Below, in pieces: positions 36,632 through 45,896 of a stretch of 64,000 bases of DNA (position 1 is its first letter; each line of letters starts with the position of its first letter). The DNA comes from an uncultured Alteromonadaceae bacterium (GTDB taxonomy: Bacteria; Pseudomonadota; Gammaproteobacteria; Enterobacterales; Alteromonadaceae): the NCBI GenBank assembly GCA_950073835.1, contig CATMRP010000001.1, forward strand, positions 14,164 through 78,163, in the 5' to 3' direction. The position numbers and the translations under genes are program-made. The notes beneath the pieces were generated by a model that was not told the DNA's origin, did not search any database, and saw only the letters and a list, made by a program, of their open reading frames with translations.

Positions 36632-36908
36632 ATACCAATCCGCATAGTAGTTTACCCTCTCAGAGTGAAACAAAACGACTTAGATCACGACGCGTTCTCT
36701 GCGGCATAGTCATTCTATGTCCAGAGGACGCAACACAGAGGTAAGTCGTTTTGGCCACTCCCTTTGGGCAATTCCCTGAGGGTGAGCTGGCAGACTTTCT
36801 GGCGTTGTTACGCTTGCTTGATTTGGAACCACCAAACCTGTGCAACCAAGCCTAGCCAGAAAGCCCGACAGTCTTGCTGAGTGGGTAAACTACTATGCGG
36901 ATTGGTAT
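36632..36908. mobile_element. MITE/ERIC-like 277-bp inverted-repeat element 2
   Basis: Perfect 26-bp TIR ATACCAATCCGCATAGTAGTTTACCC (36632-36657 / 36883-36908), internal IRs CAAAACGACTTA/TAAGTCGTTTTG and CTTTCTGGC/GCCAGAAAG; ATACC...GGTAT ends resemble ERIC ends. Confidence 0.8.
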
Positions 36909-36939
36909 AATCACCACCCTTTCGGCATATCCTTCGTTA

Positions 36940-37731
36940 TTATTCAATTGCCCAGACACTAAAGTTGCGATACTGAAAGTGTGTCCATTGCATTTGTCTG
37001 AAACCAATGTGGCCGCTGGTATAGGGCGCCCCGGTATTGACTCCGTCGATAACCGGTTGGTTGTCGGTGTAATCAATCACTTTGTTGTCATCAACAAAGA
37101 GCTGAATGTGGTTATGGTGCTTAACCAATCTAACCTGATGCACTTTATCTGAGTAGGTCGGGATCCCTACCTTGCCCTCTTGTAACAAGGTAAACGTGTT
37201 GTTTTTGCGTAAATTGGCATGGCCGCGGTCCGGGTTATGTGCGGCATTAGCGTAATAAGAAATGTGATAACTGTTGATCCGGCCTTCAGTGTACTGGCTA
37301 AAGGTACCGTCACGGGCGGGTAACGACGGGTCAAAAATGCTTTCGCCATCGACCCCTTTGGCGGCGAAAAATACAATGGTCAGGCCGGCATCGGTTGTTA
37401 GTGGTTGTGCCTGCCATTCTGCAATAAAGCTATCCGGAAACTCTTCCGGGCACCAAAACACATGGTGCATGGCTTCATCCGGTGAATACATCTGCATCCA
37501 ACCATCCTTAAAGGTCAGCTCACCAGGGCCTTCCATCACCCAATCGGCAATGCTGGCAGGGCTAGACAAAGGATTGCTGTATAGCAGAGCACCTTTTTCC
37601 ACCGTACCGGTTAACGCTGATTCGGTGGCGGTGGGTGTGTTGTTGCTGCTTGTTGCCGGCTGCTTTGAACAACCTGCAGCGGCAGTCACCAATAACAGGC
37701 AAACAAGCCAACGCGGGTAACGAGTGTTCAT
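36940..37731 (-). CDS. DUF1961 (YesU-like) lipoprotein
   Basis: Lipobox AAGC; HHVFWCPEEFPDSFIAEW, YHISYYAN, NLRKN, GHIGFRQM. Confidence 0.8.
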   Translation of the reverse strand: MNTRYPRWLVCLLLVTAAAGCSKQPATSSNNTPTATESALTGTVEKGALLYSNPLSSPASIADWVMEGPGELTFKDGWMQMYSPDEAMHHVFWCPEEFPDSFIAEWQAQPLTTDAGLTIVFFAAKGVDGESIFDPSLPARDGTFSQYTEGRINSYHISYYANAAHNPDRGHANLRKNNTFTLLQEGKVGIPTYSDKVHQVRLVKHHNHIQLFVDDNKVIDYTDNQPVIDGVNTGAPYTSGHIGFRQMQWTHFQYRNFSVWAIE

Positions 37732-37775
37732 GACGATGAGTTCCTCTGGGTTGAAAATCCAAACTACTGCGCGAG

Positions 37776-37789
37776 TTTCATATGTGAAT
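37776..37789. promoter_or_regulatory. Candidate IclR-type operator in divergent YesU/PL26 region
   Basis: TTTCATATGTGAAT. Confidence 0.6.
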
Positions 37790-37932
37790 CAATTAAACCA
37801 ATAATCTTCGGCTTATTTATCGCAATTTGATTATTTTATGATACTAATTAATCATAAATTAACAAAATGTTAAACAAATCGCTCAATGTCAATCATAATT
37901 TGAGTGGATGTAATACAGCGCTGGAGTACACA

Positions 37933-40653
37933 ATGGACAGACGCACTTTTTTAAAACAGGGCAGCATGGCGGCGTCATTGCCGTTGGCATTATCAGCAAG
38001 CGGGTGTAGTACCACTGTCAGTAAGGTGGCTGAAACACCCCACGTAAAACGCGTTCCGGGCACACTAAGTTGGGTTGATGGTAATGCACCCGATTATCAA
38101 AGCGGCGCTACCTGGGGCTACCCATGGAAACAAGGCGAGCGTAAACCTTCGGATGCACTCAGGCTCATCGCTGAAGACGGCACGGCTATTCCACTGCAAA
38201 GCTGGCCAACGGCCTACTGGCCCGACGGCAGCGTAAAGTGGACAGCTCACGCAATCCCCGCCGGAGCTCAGCCAGGCAACCATTTTAAGATACTGCCAGG
38301 CAATGGCCCGCAACCAGCGGCCGCCACGTTTGTGACTGAACAGTCGGATCACTTTGTGCTGGATACCGGTGTTGTAGAGCTTCATATAGGTAAGCAGGGC
38401 CGGGATATTATCCGGTTAATGCGTCGCAATGGAAAAACCATAGGTCAGTCAGCACGGCTGGTTGGGCTGGTGCAGGATGCGCCGGTTAACGAACCTGAAC
38501 AACCTGCCGAGGTAACTGCTTTTGCGTCGAATGTTGAGAGCGTGACGGTTGAGCAAAGTGGTCCGGTACGCAGTGTGGTGAAAATAACCGGTAAACACAA
38601 ATTGCCCAACGGGCGCAGCTGGTTACCCTTCACACTGCGTGTATATGGATATGCGGGCGGTGAATCAATCAGGTTGAGTCATACTTTTATTTACGATGGC
38701 GACGATCAAAACGACTTCATTCGCGGGTTAGGCTTGCGCTTTAACGTGGTTCAGCGCGATGAGTTGTATAACCGTCATATTCGCTTTGTGGGGCAGGATG
38801 AAGGCCTGTGGGGAGAGGGCGTTAAAGGCATAACCGGCCTGCGACGCGATCCGGGCCAGGCGGTACGCGATGCGCAAATTGCCGGCGTGGCAACCCCGCC
38901 GTTAAGTGAATGGGATGAGAGGGTAAGCAATCGTATGCACTGGATACCGGTGTGGAACGACTTTACCCTGTCGCAATTATCGGCCAATGGCTTTGCCATT
39001 AAAAAGCGCACCAAACCTGGCCATGCCTGGATTGATTCTGATCAGGGCCAGCGCGCGTCAGGTGTGAGTTATCTTGGTGGGACATCGGGTGGCATTGTGT
39101 TTGGCATGCGGGATTTCTGGCAGTTACACCCGGTTCAGGTCGACATACGCAATGCCGGTGCAGAGGTGGCTGAGGCCACCCTTTGGTTTTATTCGCCTGA
39201 AGCGCCCGCCATGGATGTTCGCTTTTACCATGATGGCATGGGTCAGGACACCTACGATGAACAGCTCGATGCACTGAATATTATCTATGAAGACTACGAG
39301 CCTGAATTCGGCTCTGCCTATGGCGTAGCCCGCACCACCGATTTTACCTTGGGCATTATGGATACAACGCCCAGCCGCCAGAAAACCGTGGAGATGGCCA
39401 GTAGCATCGCGCAGCCGCCTCAGGTTGTGGCGGCTCCGGCCGATTATCTGGCAACCAATGTATTTGGTGGTTTATGGACACTGCCCGACCGCTCAACACC
39501 CGCGAAAGCAGGAATTGAGGACCGGCTCGATTTTCAGGTCAAATATTATTGCAGCCAGGTGGAACAGCGCCACTGGTATGGCTTCTGGAACTTCGGTGAT
39601 GTTATGCACACCTACGATGTCGACCGTCATGTGTGGCGCTACGATATTGGCGGTTACGCCTGGGATAATTCAGAGTTATCACCGGATTTATGGCTGTGGT
39701 ATTCATTTTTGCGCAGTGGTGATCCCACCACTTTTCATCTGGCAGAAAACATGACCCGGCATAATCGCGATGTGGATATTTACCATGCCGGTCGCTTTAA
39801 GGGGCTGGGTACCCGCCACAACGTGCAACACTGGGGCTGTAGTGCCAAGCAACTACGGATCAGTACCGCTGCCTACCGTCGTTTCCATTATTATATTACT
39901 GGTGACGATCGTACCGGCGACGTACTTAACGAGGTGGTAGATGCCGACAAGGCACTGGGCGTGCTCAATCCGACCCGCAAAGTGGCGCGCCAGAATCCCA
40001 TGCCCGGCATGGCTAAAATTGGTGCTGGTACCGATTGGAGTGCTACCGCAGCTAACTGGCTGACGGCCTGGGAGCGCACCGGCGATGTCAGATACCGCGA
40101 TCGTCTGCTCGATGCCATGCGAGTCATTGGCGAGCATCCGCTGGGCTTTTTCGCCGGCGCTTTTGGTTACGACGTCGATAAGCAAAAACTGTTGCCCTAC
40201 GATAATGTTAAGCCGGGGATCTCCCACTTAAGCGCGGTATTTGGCTTAATTGAAGTGAATACCGAATTGAATCAACTGCTGGATGTGCCGGCTTATAAAG
40301 CAGCCTGGCTGAAGTACGGCCGGCTTTATAATGCCGATCAAGCCACCCAGGAAGCGGCGCTGGGGATGTCTAAGCGGCCGAACCTGTCTGCGGCGCATTC
40401 GCGGTTGACTGCTTATACGGCATACCAAACGGGCGATCCTGAATTGGCCCGCCGGGCCTGGCAGGAGTTTGGCCGCACCCAGGAATTTGCCAGCATCATT
40501 GGTCAACAGGACCGTCTCAGTACTACCCATGTCACCGGACCGGCTGTGCTGAACCCGATTGATGAAGCGCCCTGGGTGTCGACAAACGATGCCTCACAGT
40601 GGGGATTGGCCGCTATTCAAAACCTGGCGTTGGTACCCGACGCCCTCGACTAG
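37933..40653 (+). CDS. PL26-family exo-rhamnogalacturonan lyase (YetA/RGLX-like), Tat-exported
   Basis: MDRRTFLKQG Tat leader; AYWPDGSVKW, LDALNIIYEDYE, WYGFWNFGDVMHTYD, YAWDNSEL, GTRHNVQHWGCSAKQLRIS; start ATG 37933. Confidence 0.85.
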   Translation: MDRRTFLKQGSMAASLPLALSASGCSTTVSKVAETPHVKRVPGTLSWVDGNAPDYQSGATWGYPWKQGERKPSDALRLIAEDGTAIPLQSWPTAYWPDGSVKWTAHAIPAGAQPGNHFKILPGNGPQPAAATFVTEQSDHFVLDTGVVELHIGKQGRDIIRLMRRNGKTIGQSARLVGLVQDAPVNEPEQPAEVTAFASNVESVTVEQSGPVRSVVKITGKHKLPNGRSWLPFTLRVYGYAGGESIRLSHTFIYDGDDQNDFIRGLGLRFNVVQRDELYNRHIRFVGQDEGLWGEGVKGITGLRRDPGQAVRDAQIAGVATPPLSEWDERVSNRMHWIPVWNDFTLSQLSANGFAIKKRTKPGHAWIDSDQGQRASGVSYLGGTSGGIVFGMRDFWQLHPVQVDIRNAGAEVAEATLWFYSPEAPAMDVRFYHDGMGQDTYDEQLDALNIIYEDYEPEFGSAYGVARTTDFTLGIMDTTPSRQKTVEMASSIAQPPQVVAAPADYLATNVFGGLWTLPDRSTPAKAGIEDRLDFQVKYYCSQVEQRHWYGFWNFGDVMHTYDVDRHVWRYDIGGYAWDNSELSPDLWLWYSFLRSGDPTTFHLAENMTRHNRDVDIYHAGRFKGLGTRHNVQHWGCSAKQLRISTAAYRRFHYYITGDDRTGDVLNEVVDADKALGVLNPTRKVARQNPMPGMAKIGAGTDWSATAANWLTAWERTGDVRYRDRLLDAMRVIGEHPLGFFAGAFGYDVDKQKLLPYDNVKPGISHLSAVFGLIEVNTELNQLLDVPAYKAAWLKYGRLYNADQATQEAALGMSKRPNLSAAHSRLTAYTAYQTGDPELARRAWQEFGRTQEFASIIGQQDRLSTTHVTGPAVLNPIDEAPWVSTNDASQWGLAAIQNLALVPDALD

Positions 40654-40664
40654 TCTGCAAAAAG

Positions 40665-40694
40665 GATCCGAACCGCCGCGAGGTGGTTCGGATC
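40665..40694. terminator. 13-bp stem with GCGA tetraloop after PL26
   Basis: GATCCGAACCGCC-GCGA-GGTGGTTCGGATC (one G-U pair). Confidence 0.55.
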
Positions 40695-40740
40695 ATATAG
40701 AGGTAAGGTATTGAATTTACGCTCTATTCTTTTTGCGTCA

Positions 40741-40773
40741 TTTCATATTTGAACGTCTATTTCGCATTTGAAA
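40741..40773. promoter_or_regulatory. Two candidate IclR-type operators upstream of GH105 operon
   Basis: TTTCATATTTGAAC (40741) and TTTCGCATTTGAAA (40760). Confidence 0.6.
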
Positions 40774-40933
40774 CAAAAACGTTAAATCGCGTTAATATTA
40801 TGTAAATTGATGTACAGTGACGTCAATTATTCAGCGCAATCTTATTTGAAACCGTTGGCGACAGTCGTTTTTTTCAAGGGTTAAGACCCTCGCCCGGTTT
40901 ATTTTGAAACCAATACAAGTAGAAGGATTTAAC

Positions 40934-42040
40934 ATGCCTGCAATTGCTCACGACATTGACTTCGCCACCGTTACGCAAAGCATTGATAAGCTTATTGATA
41001 ACCTGGTCAACATTACTGACGATACCGGTGAATTTCTGCTTAAGCTCGATGATGGCCGGGTAATCGATACCAAAGGCTGGAACGACTGGGAATGGACACA
41101 TGGCATTGGCCTTTACGGTTTATTGAAATACTGGGATATCACCGGTGACGAAAAAGCCAGGGTAATCATTGAGGAGTGGTTTGCCAATCGCTTCGCCGAA
41201 GGCACGCCTACTAAAAACGTTAACACGATGTCGCCGTTTTTAACCCTGGCTTACATGCAGGAGCGCTGCGGCAATCGCAGCTACCTGCCATACCTGGATG
41301 TATGGGCTGAGTGGATCATGGATGGTATTCCACGTACCGAAGAAAATGGCATTCAGCATATTGTGTTTAACTCAGAAAACTATCAGCAGCTGTGGGATGA
41401 CACGCTGATGATGTCGGTTATGCCGCTGGCTAAAATTGGCTTGCTGCTCAATCGCCCGCACTATGTAGAAGAAGCCAAGCGCCAGTTTATGCTGCACATT
41501 AAATACCTGGCTGACCGTAAGACCGGCTTATGGTTTCACGGCTGGACCTTCGATGGTCGACATAATTTTGCCGATGCCCTGTGGGCCCGCGGTAACTGCT
41601 GGGTAACTATTGCCATTCCTGAATTCATTGAATTGCTTGACCTGCCGGAAACCGACGGCCTGCGTATGTTCCTGATTGAAACGCTCGAAGCTCAGGTAAA
41701 AGCGTTGGTGAAAACGCAGCACGAGGATGGCTTGTGGCACACTTTGTTGGATGATCCTGATTCTTATCTGGAAGCCTCGGCTGCCGCCGGATTTGCCTAT
41801 GGCATCTTAAAAGCGGTGCGCAAAGGCTACATCAGCGCCGAGTACCAGCCCTGTGCTATTAAGGCTATCAAAGCGGTACTGGCAAACATTGACGACAGCG
41901 GTGAATTGCAACAGGTGTCCTTTGGCACGCCGGTCTTTGACGACTTGCAGGGCTATCGCGATATTCCATTGACCTCAATGCCCTACGGGCAATCGATGGC
42001 TATTTTTGCCCTCGTTGAATTTATGAATAGCTACATCTAA
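40934..42040 (+). CDS. GH105 unsaturated rhamnogalacturonyl hydrolase (RhiN/YteR-like), cytoplasmic
   Basis: GEFLLKLDDGRVIDTKGW, WEWTHGIGLYG, QLWDDTLMM, WARGNCW, YLEASA, PYGQ; no signal peptide; start ATG 40934. Confidence 0.92.
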   Translation: MPAIAHDIDFATVTQSIDKLIDNLVNITDDTGEFLLKLDDGRVIDTKGWNDWEWTHGIGLYGLLKYWDITGDEKARVIIEEWFANRFAEGTPTKNVNTMSPFLTLAYMQERCGNRSYLPYLDVWAEWIMDGIPRTEENGIQHIVFNSENYQQLWDDTLMMSVMPLAKIGLLLNRPHYVEEAKRQFMLHIKYLADRKTGLWFHGWTFDGRHNFADALWARGNCWVTIAIPEFIELLDLPETDGLRMFLIETLEAQVKALVKTQHEDGLWHTLLDDPDSYLEASAAAGFAYGILKAVRKGYISAEYQPCAIKAIKAVLANIDDSGELQQVSFGTPVFDDLQGYRDIPLTSMPYGQSMAIFALVEFMNSYI

Positions 42041-42074
42041 TCAGTATTTAATCTGTTAACTGGGAGGGTGTGTT

Positions 42075-43571
42075 ATGACCCGTCGTGAACTCAAGCCGGT
42101 CAACTATATTGCTTACGGGCTTAACGATATTTTAGGTGCAGGCTCGATGGCCGTGATCAGCGGCTGGATCCTGTTTTTCTATACCACATTTTGTGGCTTA
42201 TCAGCCGTTCAGGCCGCGTCTATTTTTGCCATTGCGCGCATTCTCGATGCCGTGGCGAGCCCCCTGATTGGGCATATTTCAGATGGCCTCGGGCGGACCA
42301 AAATTGGTCGCAGGTTTGGACGCCGACGGGTGTTCTTAATCGGCGCTATTCCGCTCCTGCCCAGTTTTGCCCTGATGTGGGTAAGCGGCCAGGAATACTG
42401 GTACTACTTAGTCACCTATGTGTTTTTCGAGCTGGTGTATGCCTCGGTGCTCATCCCTTATGAGACACTCGCTGCCGAGATGACCGATGACTACAAAAAA
42501 AAGGCCAAACTGGCTGGCGCGCGCATTCTTACCGGTCAGGTGTCGGCTATTTTCGCCGGCATTTTGCCCAGCTGGATTGTCAGCATTGCCGGCGGTAAAG
42601 AGTCCGCATCAACGTTTTTAATCATGGGGTCGATTTTCTCCGTTGTCTTCATGCTGGTGGTCTTTGGCGTGTGGTTCTTTACGTGGGAGCGTGACGCCAG
42701 CGAGCTGAGCGAAGAGGAGCTCACCAAAGATGAGAACTGGACCGTTACCGGCACCCTTAAAACCCTGTTTAGAAATCTGTCTTCGACAATGCGTATCCGT
42801 GCCTTCCGCTTACATTTGGGCATGTACCTGGGTGGTTATATTAGTCAGGATGTGTTTAATGCCGTGTTTACCTATTTTGTGGTATTTGCGATTGGCGGTA
42901 CGGTGGTTATTGCTTCAGAAATGATGGCCGTGACCTACATAGCACAATTAGTGGCGGTGGCCCTGGCCATTCCGCTGGTGATGCGCTTTGGCCCTGCACC
43001 CAGCTACCGGGTAGCTATTGTATTCTACTTTGCGGGGATCTTACTGCTGCTGGCAATGTTCTTTATGACCAACGAATTCAGCTTGCTATGGTTGGGCGCC
43101 GGGGTGGTTGTGGCCGGCTTTGGTCGCGGTGCGTTAAATTACATTCCGTGGAATACCTATAACTATATGGCCGACGTGGATCAGATTGTCACTGCGCGTC
43201 GTCGTGAAGGTAGCTTTGCCGGTGTTATGACGTTTATCCGCAAGGCTACGCAGGCCATTGCAGTAATGTCGGTGGGGGTTATTCTTGAGGCTGGCGGATT
43301 TGCCTCGGGTGAAGAATTACAAAGCAATGAAGCCATCTCAACCATCGTAATTATGTTGGCCGCGGGTCCGCTGGTGGTGTTGTTATTTGGTTTTTGGGTG
43401 TCCACCAAGTTTAAGCTCAGTAAAGAAACCCATGAGGTGCTCATGACCGAAATTGAGCGCTTTAAAAATGGGCAGGACGCACCGCTCAGTAACGAAAACC
43501 GTGCCATCGTAGAAGATTTGTCGGGCTGGTCGTATGACAAGCTGTGGGGCAATAACACGGTGGGTCGATAA
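42075..43571 (+). CDS. GPH/MFS sugar transporter (RhiT-like rhamnogalacturonide importer)
   Basis: About 12 TM; FFYTTFCGL, FGRRR, LIPYETLAAEMTDD, RREGSFAG; adjacent to a RhiN-like GH105. Confidence 0.88.
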   Translation: MTRRELKPVNYIAYGLNDILGAGSMAVISGWILFFYTTFCGLSAVQAASIFAIARILDAVASPLIGHISDGLGRTKIGRRFGRRRVFLIGAIPLLPSFALMWVSGQEYWYYLVTYVFFELVYASVLIPYETLAAEMTDDYKKKAKLAGARILTGQVSAIFAGILPSWIVSIAGGKESASTFLIMGSIFSVVFMLVVFGVWFFTWERDASELSEEELTKDENWTVTGTLKTLFRNLSSTMRIRAFRLHLGMYLGGYISQDVFNAVFTYFVVFAIGGTVVIASEMMAVTYIAQLVAVALAIPLVMRFGPAPSYRVAIVFYFAGILLLLAMFFMTNEFSLLWLGAGVVVAGFGRGALNYIPWNTYNYMADVDQIVTARRREGSFAGVMTFIRKATQAIAVMSVGVILEAGGFASGEELQSNEAISTIVIMLAAGPLVVLLFGFWVSTKFKLSKETHEVLMTEIERFKNGQDAPLSNENRAIVEDLSGWSYDKLWGNNTVGR

Positions 43572-44918
43572 ATGAAAGAACTCATCACAATAGTGGCAGG
43601 CGCCACCCTTTTATTGACGGCCTGTTCAGCATCTACTCAAAGCAACAGCGAGGCCGGTATCGCCAAATCATGGATCGACAAGGACACCGGTCACCGGATT
43701 GTTAGGGTGTCAGAAGAGCCCGGTTCACGGTCGCTATATTTCCATCAGAATGCCTACACCGCAGAGGGCGACAAAATGGTCATATCGGTGACCAATCCAA
43801 ATGGGGTAGCCGTAGTAGATTTAAGCGACTGGTCGGTAAAGCGCCTGTATGAACACCCTGATGTGGGTATTTTGTTTGTTGGTAAACAAACCCGCAATGT
43901 GTATCTCACCCGCATTACTGGTGATAACGGCCAGAAAGTGCATCCGCAAAATGAATTGCAGCAGCCTACCGAACTATTACGGGTAAATATAGATACCGGT
44001 GCCGTTGAAGAGCTTGGCGCGATCCCGGCCGGTAAAATTCACACCATCAACAGTAATGAAACGCTTTTAGCCGGCGCAGTGGCCGAGCGCGAGCACAATT
44101 TGGAATCCGGTCCTCGCAACAGCCGTTTTGAAGCGCGCTATGAAGCCCTTGGACCGGACGGTAAGCCACTCAGTTTCGCCGAGGCTAAAGAAGTGCGTAT
44201 TAACGAGCGTCTGGAAGCCCGCATTCCCATGCAAATGTTTACCTTTAACATTTCCACCGGTGAGCAACAAACAGTGCACGAAGCGACCGACTGGTTAAAT
44301 CATATTCAGTTCTCACCTGGCGATCCGGGTCAGTTGATGTATTGCCATGAAGGCCCATGGCATAAGGTCGACCGCATCTGGACCATGCGTGTTGACGGCA
44401 GTGACAATCAAAAAGTGCACCACCGAACCATGAATATGGAAATTGCCGGTCATGAGTTTTTTGACGCCAGTGGTGAACGCATTTTTTATGACTTGCAAAC
44501 CCCGCGCGGCGAGGTGTTCTGGCTCGCCAGTTATAACATGAAGACCAAAGAACGGGTCTGGCGACACATGCCCCGGGACTACTGGTCGGTGCATTTTAAT
44601 ATTTCACCGGATGGCAACCTGTTTGCTGGCGACGGCGGTGATGCGGAAATGGTGGCCCGGGCCCAAGAGGGTAAATGGATTTACTTATTTGAGTCGCAAC
44701 CTATCAATGACGTAGCCGGGATCAGCGCGCCCAATGCGGCTGATCTCATAAAGCCCGGCGTATTAAAGGCAACACGTTTGGTGAATATGCAAAACCATGA
44801 TTACCGGCTTGAACCCAATGTGACATTTACGCCGGACGGCAAGTGGGTGGTATTTCGTTCTAACATGCATGGTCCGGTGCATGTTTACGCGGTTGCCGTT
44901 GCCCCGGAGATCGAATAA
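43572..44918 (+). CDS. PL22 oligogalacturonate lyase family protein, lipoprotein
   Basis: Lipobox LTAC; YFHQNAY, NHIQFSP, YCHEGPW, AGHEFF, FTPDGKWVVFRSN. Confidence 0.82.
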   Translation: MKELITIVAGATLLLTACSASTQSNSEAGIAKSWIDKDTGHRIVRVSEEPGSRSLYFHQNAYTAEGDKMVISVTNPNGVAVVDLSDWSVKRLYEHPDVGILFVGKQTRNVYLTRITGDNGQKVHPQNELQQPTELLRVNIDTGAVEELGAIPAGKIHTINSNETLLAGAVAEREHNLESGPRNSRFEARYEALGPDGKPLSFAEAKEVRINERLEARIPMQMFTFNISTGEQQTVHEATDWLNHIQFSPGDPGQLMYCHEGPWHKVDRIWTMRVDGSDNQKVHHRTMNMEIAGHEFFDASGERIFYDLQTPRGEVFWLASYNMKTKERVWRHMPRDYWSVHFNISPDGNLFAGDGGDAEMVARAQEGKWIYLFESQPINDVAGISAPNAADLIKPGVLKATRLVNMQNHDYRLEPNVTFTPDGKWVVFRSNMHGPVHVYAVAVAPEIE

Positions 44919-44960
44919 GGCACAGATTACGCGTTACAAGTAGCGCACAGTTCGACTTTG

Positions 44961-45027
44961 TTTCAGATATGAAATAAATGGCGGGTATTCAGCCGCGGTA
45001 ATGGTGATTACTTGTTCATATATGGGA
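44961..45027. promoter_or_regulatory. Two candidate IclR-type operators upstream of kduD
   Basis: TTTCAGATATGAAA (44961) and GTTCATATATGGGA (45014). Confidence 0.65.
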
Positions 45028-45103
45028 CAGTGACCACACTACTTAACTTAAAGCCTCGCGGCACGAGCGAGGCAAAGTCATCAACAAACAGGAGACAGCA
45101 TCT

Positions 45104-45868
45104 ATGAGTCAGCCAGATTTTGGTTTAGCTGATAAAGTTGCGCTGGTGACCGGTGCCAGTCGTGGTATTGGCCGGGCATTGGCGATGGGTTTAGCTCAGG
45201 CTGGCGCCAAAGTGGTTTGTGCCAGCAGCCGTATTGGCGGCAGCGAAGAAACCGTTAGCCAAATTAAACAGGCCGGTGGTGAAGCGGTGGAACTGGCGGC
45301 CGACCTGTCTGATACCGACGCTGTGATGGCGCTGGCCGAGAGCGCACAGGGCGTGTTCGGTGAAATTGATATTCTGGTCAATAACGGCGGCACGATTTAT
45401 CGCAGCCCGGCAGTAGAGTTTCCGTTAGATCAATGGCAGCACGTGTTGCAGGTAAATCTGGATGCCACTTTTTTGTTATGTCAGCAAATAGGTAAAAAAA
45501 TGGTAGCGCGTAACCACGGCAAAATCATCAATATTGCGTCGATGCTGAGCTACAGCGGTGGCATTACCGTACCCGCCTACACCGCCAGTAAACACGCCGT
45601 TGCCGGACTAACAAAAGCGCTGGCAAACGAATGGGGCCAGCACAACGTGCAGGTCAATGCCATCGCGCCGGGTTATATCCGTACTGACAACACTCAGGCG
45701 CTACAGGACGACCCCGAACGCAGTAATGAAATTCTCAAGCGTATCCCGGCTGCCCGCTGGGGCGAAACTTCTGATTTACAGGGGGCGGCGGTATTTTTGG
45801 CCAGTGCCGCGAGTAACTACATTAATGGGCATGTACTCGCTGTTGATGGTGGATTTCTGGCCCGATAG
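45104..45868 (+). CDS. kduD: 2-dehydro-3-deoxy-D-gluconate 5-dehydrogenase (SDR)
   Basis: VTGASRGIG, INIASMLSYSGGITVPAYTASKH, KALANEW, NAIAPGY, RIPAARWG; next to kduI. Confidence 0.92.
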   Translation: MSQPDFGLADKVALVTGASRGIGRALAMGLAQAGAKVVCASSRIGGSEETVSQIKQAGGEAVELAADLSDTDAVMALAESAQGVFGEIDILVNNGGTIYRSPAVEFPLDQWQHVLQVNLDATFLLCQQIGKKMVARNHGKIINIASMLSYSGGITVPAYTASKHAVAGLTKALANEWGQHNVQVNAIAPGYIRTDNTQALQDDPERSNEILKRIPAARWGETSDLQGAAVFLASAASNYINGHVLAVDGGFLAR

Positions 45869-45896
45869 TCTCGAATTCATTTAAGGGATTACTATT

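Noticed and set aside
36660-37152. ORFs 36660-36845, 36852-37076 and 36895-37152
   Set aside because: They run through element 2 or antisense to DUF1961; no transposase-like features
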